64,000 nucleotides of DNA, from the sequence record OX016465. One strand, written 5' to 3'. Below the pieces are notes generated by a model. The model was not told the origin of the DNA. It saw only the letters and a list, made by a program, of their open reading frames with translations, and searched no databases. This DNA comes from Escherichia phage vB_Eco_Tribble. Position 1 is the stretch's first letter. Every line of letters starts with the position of its first letter. Made by a program: the position numbers and the translations under genes. Of this stretch, positions 58,145 through 64,000 are shown piece by piece.

Positions 58145-60122
58145 AGGTCGTAAATTGAAAGAGGCTGGTCAGTTTATTGGTCATTGTGCATGTCCACGTT
58201 GTGGTTCATCAGATGCTGGTTCAATCTATCATCATGACGATGATTCTTATTCGATGACTTGCTTTAGTTGTAACAAAGGTTTCCCAGAGTGGGACTTTGA
58301 TAAAGGACAAATCGTGAGCACTTATTCTACTGGTTCAGACAATAAAAACCGTACTTTCCGTGGAATGGATTTAGACGATGTAAAAGAAAACCTTGAAGCA
58401 ATGGACTTAAAAGACAGGAAGATTCCTGCAAAAGTTCTTGAGCGTTTAGGTATCAAGGTAGACATTGACAGTGATGGTGAAATTGACGCACATTTCTACC
58501 CAACTTACAAACGCAATGAAGATGGTAAGTTAGAACATGTTGGCTACCGTGTTCGTCACCGTTATCCAGAAGACCATCCAAAAGAGCACCTACGTGGTAA
58601 GTTAAAAGACTTCTCAGGTGGTGTTGGAGACATTAAAGGTGAACTGGCAATGTTCGGTTCATGGATTGCTCCAGAAGGTGGTAACCGTCTATTCATCTGG
58701 GAAGGTGAGATGGAATGTGCGACAGCAATCTATATGACTTCTCTTGCGATTAAGGACAAATCTCGTCGTAAGAATTACTGTCACGTATCTGTTCCATCGG
58801 GTGCAAACATTAAGTCTATCAAAGACAACTATCAGTACATCACATCATTTGATGAGATTTACTTGTGCTTTGATAACGATGAAGCAGGTGCTAAAGCTAC
58901 CAAAGAAGCTGCTGGTATCCTACCTATTGAGAAGGTTCGTTTATTCCAGTATCCAGAAGGTGTAAAAGACCTTAATGAATGGTGGACAAAGTTCTATAAA
59001 GAGAAAGATACAGTTCTGGAAGGATTTAAGCAGCGTATCTACAATGCACCTCGTTACTGTCCTGCTGGTATCAAGAACTTCGCAGATGGTTTTGAGGCAA
59101 TGAAGAATCGTGGTCAGATTCCATTGATTCCTTTCCCAGAATCTTTCGGAGATTTGAACAGGCTGACTTATGGCGGTTACGGTTTAGGTGAGATTACAAC
59201 GCTGGCAGCACCATCTTCAGTGGGTAAATCAGCATACACTCGTGAAATGATTTATACTGCTTGGAAAGATACCGATTACAATATTGGTGTAATTCCTGTA
59301 GAGGATACCTATGAAGAGCTGATGGAGATGCTCTGCGCAATCCACCTGAGCAAGCAGATTTCTGAGATTCCTTATGACGAACGTGATTGGGATGAATTGA
59401 AGGAAGCACACGCAGAACTATCTAAAGGTCGTCGTATCCACATCGTTGACCATCAAGGGGCAATTGACCAAGATAACTTGCTGGAGTTTGTTGACTATCT
59501 TGTTAATAGTTTAGACTGTAAGATTATTATTCTTGACCCTATTACGTTGGCTCTGTCACGTTCAGATACGGATGAAGAGGAAGTTTTGTCTGAGCTATTG
59601 CGTCGTTGCAAACGCTACCAGTATGCACAGGTGAACGTCTGTCACGTTCGTAAGAGTGCAGGTGGTCAGAAGGCTAACTCTGAAGGTGGGGATATCTCTG
59701 AAGAGGATATTAAAGGTTCTGGTGCGTATTTCCAGATTTCTATGAACAACATCCTGTTGATGCGTAACAAGGTTGACCCAGACCCTGTTAAGAAAAACTT
59801 GACAAAAATCAAGTTAACTAAATGCCGTCGGCATGGTAAGTCAACTGGTATTGCTGGTCATACTTGGTACAATCCAGATACAGGACGCCTCATCAAAGCA
59901 TCTGGTTGTGGGGTTGACATTGATGGTGCAGCAGAAAATATTCGCCAACAGTTTGGTATTGGTGAAGCTGAAGACCATTACGATGACTCTTTACCGCATT
60001 ATGAGGATGAAGTGTTTGACCGTGAGACTGGTGAAGTCTATACTGAAGAGCAGCGTCAAAGCTCAACGATTCCACCTGTATTAAGTGAGGATGCAGATGA
60101 CTGCCCATTCGAAACTGAGTGA
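58137..60122 (+). CDS. DNA primase-helicase (T7 gp4-like)
   Basis: N-terminal zinc ribbon CPRCGSS..CFSC, central primase region, helicase Walker A APSSVGKSAYT; track start 58131 is GTG, ATG 58137 follows RBS GAAGAGG. Confidence 0.8.
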   Translation: MSKGRKLKEAGQFIGHCACPRCGSSDAGSIYHHDDDSYSMTCFSCNKGFPEWDFDKGQIVSTYSTGSDNKNRTFRGMDLDDVKENLEAMDLKDRKIPAKVLERLGIKVDIDSDGEIDAHFYPTYKRNEDGKLEHVGYRVRHRYPEDHPKEHLRGKLKDFSGGVGDIKGELAMFGSWIAPEGGNRLFIWEGEMECATAIYMTSLAIKDKSRRKNYCHVSVPSGANIKSIKDNYQYITSFDEIYLCFDNDEAGAKATKEAAGILPIEKVRLFQYPEGVKDLNEWWTKFYKEKDTVLEGFKQRIYNAPRYCPAGIKNFADGFEAMKNRGQIPLIPFPESFGDLNRLTYGGYGLGEITTLAAPSSVGKSAYTREMIYTAWKDTDYNIGVIPVEDTYEELMEMLCAIHLSKQISEIPYDERDWDELKEAHAELSKGRRIHIVDHQGAIDQDNLLEFVDYLVNSLDCKIIILDPITLALSRSDTDEEEVLSELLRRCKRYQYAQVNVCHVRKSAGGQKANSEGGDISEEDIKGSGAYFQISMNNILLMRNKVDPDPVKKNLTKIKLTKCRRHGKSTGIAGHTWYNPDTGRLIKASGCGVDIDGAAENIRQQFGIGEAEDHYDDSLPHYEDEVFDRETGEVYTEEQRQSSTIPPVLSEDADDCPFETE

Positions 60123-60376
60123 TAGTTATAAAAGAGAGGGTTTCACACCCTTCTTTGAAGAAAAAAGTTTAAATAAATTTCAGGAAGAGTGTTTGACAAA
60201 GATTGATAGGTTCTATAGAATGCTCTACATGAAATGTGATGGTGGTGTTGAGGTAGAAGAAAAGTTCCATCACAATATTATCACAGTCACTATTACTATA
60301 CCTGAACATAATATTGGTTGGCTGTTTATAATGAAAGAAAATGTGTTTGAATATCAAGTATATCGGAGAATATCAT

Positions 60377-60523
60377 GAAACACTCTAAAGCATTTGAAAA
60401 AGTTTTTGGGGATTCCTTAAAAGCCACTGCTGGAAAACCAGCAAAATACTATGAAGAAAAACGTGTAAGAACTGGAAAAACTGCACGTAAAGCAGCTTCT
60501 AAAGATAAGCACAACTTCCAGTA
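60377..60523 (+). CDS. possible small basic protein (48 aa), not in ORF track
   Basis: ATG 60377 to TAA 60523 read directly from sequence; Lys-rich. Confidence 0.25.
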
Positions 60524-60596
60524 ATTAGTATTTGACAATAGAGTATCAACAAATTAGAATTGGTACTCTTCATAAATTGAGATAGAGGTTTAAATA

Positions 60597-61454
60597 ATGT
60601 CTAAAGTTGTTAAAATGAAAGCTCCGGTAGAGAAATACAATGGTACTGAACGCCAAACTCTGCGATACCTGCTGAAAGATGTCTGGTTTTATTACCTGAA
60701 CACTTCACCACGTCCGGGAAAAGGTAAGTCTATTGATAAGAAATTCCCAGGAAAAGATTGTAACTACAGCGTATCAATTCTGGCAGAAGACGGTAACAAA
60801 CTGTTTAAAGAGTTTACTAAGTCTAAGAAAAATCCAGAAGGTTGGGATAAAGTTACTACTGAAGCAGTTGATGCAGATGACTTCGAAGAGAAGTTTGGTT
60901 GTAAACCACCTTTTGAAGCAGACACTTACTACATCTTGAAAGTAAGTCGTGCAGCAGCTTATAAAGATGGTGCTGTGTGGACAGCTAAACAGTCATTCCC
61001 TGTTATGCTTATTGAAGAAGTAAATGGTAAGCGTGTAGCTGTTAAGCAGCCGATGAAGAAAATCAAAGCTCAAGCATCTGATAAACATGAAGATGACAAG
61101 AACTATGACGTAATTCATCCAGATATCGCAGTTGGTAACGGTTCTTTTGGTAGTGTGATTCTTTCTACTCACTTCTACACTTTTGAGAACAATGTTCTGA
61201 CAAAACCTATTCAGGAACAGTTTATCATTGATACTCTTGTACCTTACACTGGTGGTAACGGTGCTAATGGCGAACCTGAACTGGATGAAGATGAACTGGC
61301 TATGCTTGGTCTTGATGGTGTTGAAGATAACGGTGAAATCACTGAAGAAGACGCAACAGACCATAAATCTTCGAATGATTCTGATGATGGTGATGATGAA
61401 GATTTGCCAGACCCAGATGACGAAGAAGATGAAGACTTCGATACAGAAGATTAA
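60597..61454 (+). CDS. single-stranded DNA-binding protein (T7 gp2.5-like) with acidic C-terminal tail
   Basis: 285 aa; extremely acidic C-terminus (DDGDDEDLPDPDDEEDEDFDTED) ending near an aromatic residue; position next to primase-helicase. Confidence 0.55.
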   Translation: MSKVVKMKAPVEKYNGTERQTLRYLLKDVWFYYLNTSPRPGKGKSIDKKFPGKDCNYSVSILAEDGNKLFKEFTKSKKNPEGWDKVTTEAVDADDFEEKFGCKPPFEADTYYILKVSRAAAYKDGAVWTAKQSFPVMLIEEVNGKRVAVKQPMKKIKAQASDKHEDDKNYDVIHPDIAVGNGSFGSVILSTHFYTFENNVLTKPIQEQFIIDTLVPYTGGNGANGEPELDEDELAMLGLDGVEDNGEITEEDATDHKSSNDSDDGDDEDLPDPDDEEDEDFDTED

Positions 61455-61472
61455 TCTCTAAAAGTTACTTTA

Positions 61473-61501
61473 AAGCCCTGTACTCAGTATGGGGCTTTTT
61501 C
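61473..61501 (+). terminator. rho-independent terminator
   Basis: AGCCC-N12-GGGCT followed by TTTTT. Confidence 0.5.
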
Positions 61502-61516
61502 ATATGGAGAGCCATA

Positions 61517-62557
61517 ATGGAGAAGTACACATTAACAAAACTTCCCGATTCAGTTACACATGTCTTTATTGACTCTGACAGTATTGCCTATAAAGGTGCT
61601 TGTGTAGTTGAGAAAGCAAAGTATAAATATGTCAATAAACTCACAGCAGAAGAGTCTGAGCCATTTGATAATGCGAAAGATGCCGCAAGATGGTTAGCAG
61701 ACCAGAGAATCTTTGTGGAAGAGCTTGGTCTGACATTTGATGAAGATGAATGGGAAAGACAGACTTGGAAAGAAGCTAAGAGTGAAAAAGAAGCTATCAT
61801 GGCTACTCAACAGGTTCTTCAGGAATGGCTTAAGGTTGTTGGTAAAGATAGAACTTGGGTGGGTTATTTAACAGAGAAAGGTGTGCATAAACATAAAGAC
61901 ATTAAAGGTCTTGAGCACCAATATCAAGGTAACCGCAAAGATGCTGTCACACCAACACACTTAGTTGCTTGTCGTGAATATCTTTTATCCAGACCAGAGT
62001 TCAAACTCTTAAGGGGTGGCTTCGAAGCCGATTCAATCGTAATTGCTAAAGCTGAAAAGATGGGTAAGAAAGCTGCTCTTATGAGTATTGACAAAGACCT
62101 TCGACAAGCTGAAGGAACTTATTGTATTGATATGACTTATGAAAAGTCACCACTAATTTTTATCGCTGATAATAATGTTGGTGATATCTGGGATTGCCCT
62201 ATCAAATCAAAACCAAAAGCTGCAAAAACAGTTGGTGTAGGTTTTAAATTCTTGTGTTATCAGGCTGTTGCTGGAGATAATGCAGACAACTACTTTGGCC
62301 TTAAAGGTGCTGGTAAAGTAGCTGTGATGAATGCTTTAGAGGGTAAAGAAACCTACAAAGAGTGTCTTGACGCTATCTATGAACTTTATGCTAAAAAAGA
62401 CTCTTATACCTATGTGTCATGGGATGGTCAGACTGTTACAAAGACACCGTTAGAGTTAATGGAACAGCATTTCTGGGTGGCATATCAAGAGAGAAATCCA
62501 AAAGATAATTTCTCTTTTAAGAAATATAATTGGGAGCCGTGTATGAATGAAGATTAA
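61517..62557 (+). CDS. 5'-3' exonuclease / flap endonuclease
   Basis: VFIDSDSIAYKG, GFEADSIV and MSIDKDLRQ resemble the conserved acidic clusters of FEN-family nucleases. Confidence 0.6.
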   Translation: MEKYTLTKLPDSVTHVFIDSDSIAYKGACVVEKAKYKYVNKLTAEESEPFDNAKDAARWLADQRIFVEELGLTFDEDEWERQTWKEAKSEKEAIMATQQVLQEWLKVVGKDRTWVGYLTEKGVHKHKDIKGLEHQYQGNRKDAVTPTHLVACREYLLSRPEFKLLRGGFEADSIVIAKAEKMGKKAALMSIDKDLRQAEGTYCIDMTYEKSPLIFIADNNVGDIWDCPIKSKPKAAKTVGVGFKFLCYQAVAGDNADNYFGLKGAGKVAVMNALEGKETYKECLDAIYELYAKKDSYTYVSWDGQTVTKTPLELMEQHFWVAYQERNPKDNFSFKKYNWEPCMNED

Positions 62558-63044
62558 AGGATTTGGCAATTGCCCCACCTATGGCCATTGGGTATCTTTA
62601 TGTGGGGAGGTTGACCCCACTAAACATTTTGGCTTTGTCTATTTAGTACACTGTAAGAAGACTGGACAATACTATATAGGAAAGAAACAGCTTAACAGTG
62701 TGACCAAAAGAAAAGTTGCTGGGAAGACTCGGAAGAAGGTAGTCACTAAGGAAAGTGATTGGATGACTTACGAGACTTCTTCTGAGTATATTAAAAAAGA
62801 TATTGAAAGCTTTGGAAAGGAATCTTTTGACTTTTACATTATCCAAACCTACTACACAAAAGGTGGCCTAGTTTATGGAGAAGCAAACCTTCAACATAAG
62901 TTCGATGTAATGACAAAAAGGATTGACTCGAAGCTCAGACTCTTCTACAATGCCAATATTGCAGCAATTAAGTTTATTACTAAAGAAACTTATGAAGATG
63001 CTGAAAAAAGAATCCATAAGGTAATGAAAGCAAATTGTGCTTGA
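62547..63044 (+). CDS. GIY-YIG domain protein (165 aa)
   Basis: GFVYLVHCKKTGQYYIGKK matches the GIY-(x10)-YIG motif. Confidence 0.55.
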   Translation: MKIKGFGNCPTYGHWVSLCGEVDPTKHFGFVYLVHCKKTGQYYIGKKQLNSVTKRKVAGKTRKKVVTKESDWMTYETSSEYIKKDIESFGKESFDFYIIQTYYTKGGLVYGEANLQHKFDVMTKRIDSKLRLFYNANIAAIKFITKETYEDAEKRIHKVMKANCA

Positions 63045-63050
63045 TAACTA

Positions 63051-63314
63051 TTGAGAGAGAATAAAATGTTTAACAAAAGTAAAGCTGTGAGCCATGTAGC
63101 AAAAGTTGACAGCAAGATTGAAGAACTTGAGCGCATCCTTGCAAATGCTAGAGAGTCAATAATTAAAGAAGTTGAATCTGTTGAATCTCAAATGCAGCAC
63201 CTAATGCTTAAACGTCAAGAGCTACGTGAGCATCTAGAATATATTGAAACACGAGAGCTAAAGGTTAACAAATATTTTAAGGAGTCCGAATGTTTAACTC
63301 AAGAGAATCAGTAA
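63051..63314 (+). CDS. hypothetical coiled-coil protein (87 aa)
   Basis: ORF track. Confidence 0.45.
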   Translation: MRENKMFNKSKAVSHVAKVDSKIEELERILANARESIIKEVESVESQMQHLMLKRQELREHLEYIETRELKVNKYFKESECLTQENQ

Positions 63315-64000
63315 AAAACTGGAACCTTCGTTGTGGAAACACTCAAAAGCAACCTTACAGTGATGAGTATTGGGAATCTTTAAAATCTCAATCTCTGTGT
63401 ATGCTTGAAGAAGCAAAAGAGCTTGTAAAAGCAATTGAAGAGAAAGACCCCATTGAAACACTGGATGCTCAGGCAGATTTACAATATGTTCTTGACGGCT
63501 TGATTTATCTGTCACAACATGACCATAACGGTGCTATGAAAGCTGTTTGCCATAATAATGACCTGAAGTACACAGATGACTATGAAGAAGCTTTAAAACG
63601 TCTTGCAGACATTGAAAAGCGTACTGGTCAAGAGTGTATTATCAGAATGTCAGTAGTTGATGGTAAAGAGTGGTATGCGATTGTTCGTGCAGCCGATGGG
63701 AAGATTATGAAGCAATCAAATCTCCCTAAAGTACAGCTTGGTGAATACATTGTAGAACTTGAAAGCCAAGAACTTTTTGTGGTAGTATCTGAGACATGCG
63801 TTATCTGCAAAGGTATTGTAGGTAGCTTAAAGGATTTGGGTGTAGATGGTTTTGTAGAAGTTAATCCAATTACCTCTAAAGCAGATAAAGACTTCTGTAA
63901 AGAGAATGGACTATGGATTGCAGATATTGTCTATTATGATGGTGAGCAGTTCCATGTAACCTCATACCCGAAACTGAATTATGATGCTAATAACCTGAAG
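63290..64000 (+). CDS. MazG-like nucleotide pyrophosphohydrolase domain protein, 3'-partial (runs off window)
   Basis: ATG 63290 after RBS AAGGAG; EEAKE...(11 aa)...ETLD fits the EExxE-N-ExxD pattern; no stop before the window end; absent from the ORF track. Confidence 0.4.
   Translation, partial: MFNSRESVKNWNLRCGNTQKQPYSDEYWESLKSQSLCMLEEAKELVKAIEEKDPIETLDAQADLQYVLDGLIYLSQHDHNGAMKAVCHNNDLKYTDDYEEALKRLADIEKRTGQECIIRMSVVDGKEWYAIVRAADGKIMKQSNLPKVQLGEYIVELESQELFVVVSETCVICKGIVGSLKDLGVDGFVEVNPITSKADKDFCKENGLWIADIVYYDGEQFHVTSYPKLNYDANNLK

Overview
This 64 kb window reads as a contiguous stretch of a tailed dsDNA phage genome (AT-rich, densely coded, no integrase or repressor seen in the window). 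All calls are from reading the sequence and the ORF track by eye; no searches or folding were run, and tRNA and RNA-element coordinates are approximate (about +/-3 nt). Left to right: (1) 1-3730, a plus-strand early module of eight small ORFs, each behind a repeated promoter/5'-leader cassette or an intercistronic hairpin cassette; (2) 3730-5310, a 1.6 kb ORF-free region packed with short iterated motifs; (3) 5312-12951, a minus-strand block of 17 genes, mostly unknown, including a GH24 endolysin and a paralogous pair, one carrying three tandem Ig-like repeats; (4) 13180-15048, a small basic protein and a vWA-domain protein with a DUF2828-like N-terminus; (5) 15214-20468, a tRNA island of about 27 tRNA genes with its own sigma70-like promoters, whose spacers hold a family of conserved stem elements with compensatory changes and one tRNA-like mimic; (6) 20691-43718, the late structural module (large terminase, portal, S49 protease/scaffold, major capsid, then a P2-like contractile tail order ending in two His-box tail fibres); (7) 44407-55648, a minus-strand nucleotide-metabolism and replication block (thymidylate synthase, DHFR, DNA ligase, T7-like family A DNA polymerase); (8) 55906-64000, plus-strand dNMP kinase, T7 gp4-like primase-helicase, gp2.5-like SSB, 5'-3' exonuclease, GIY-YIG protein and a partial MazG-like ORF. 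The strongest leads are the structured RNA-like elements in the tRNA island next to the vWA protein, and the DNA polymerase gene split within motif B by an ~0.8 kb insertion carrying an EndoVII/HNH endonuclease ORF (probable group I intron).
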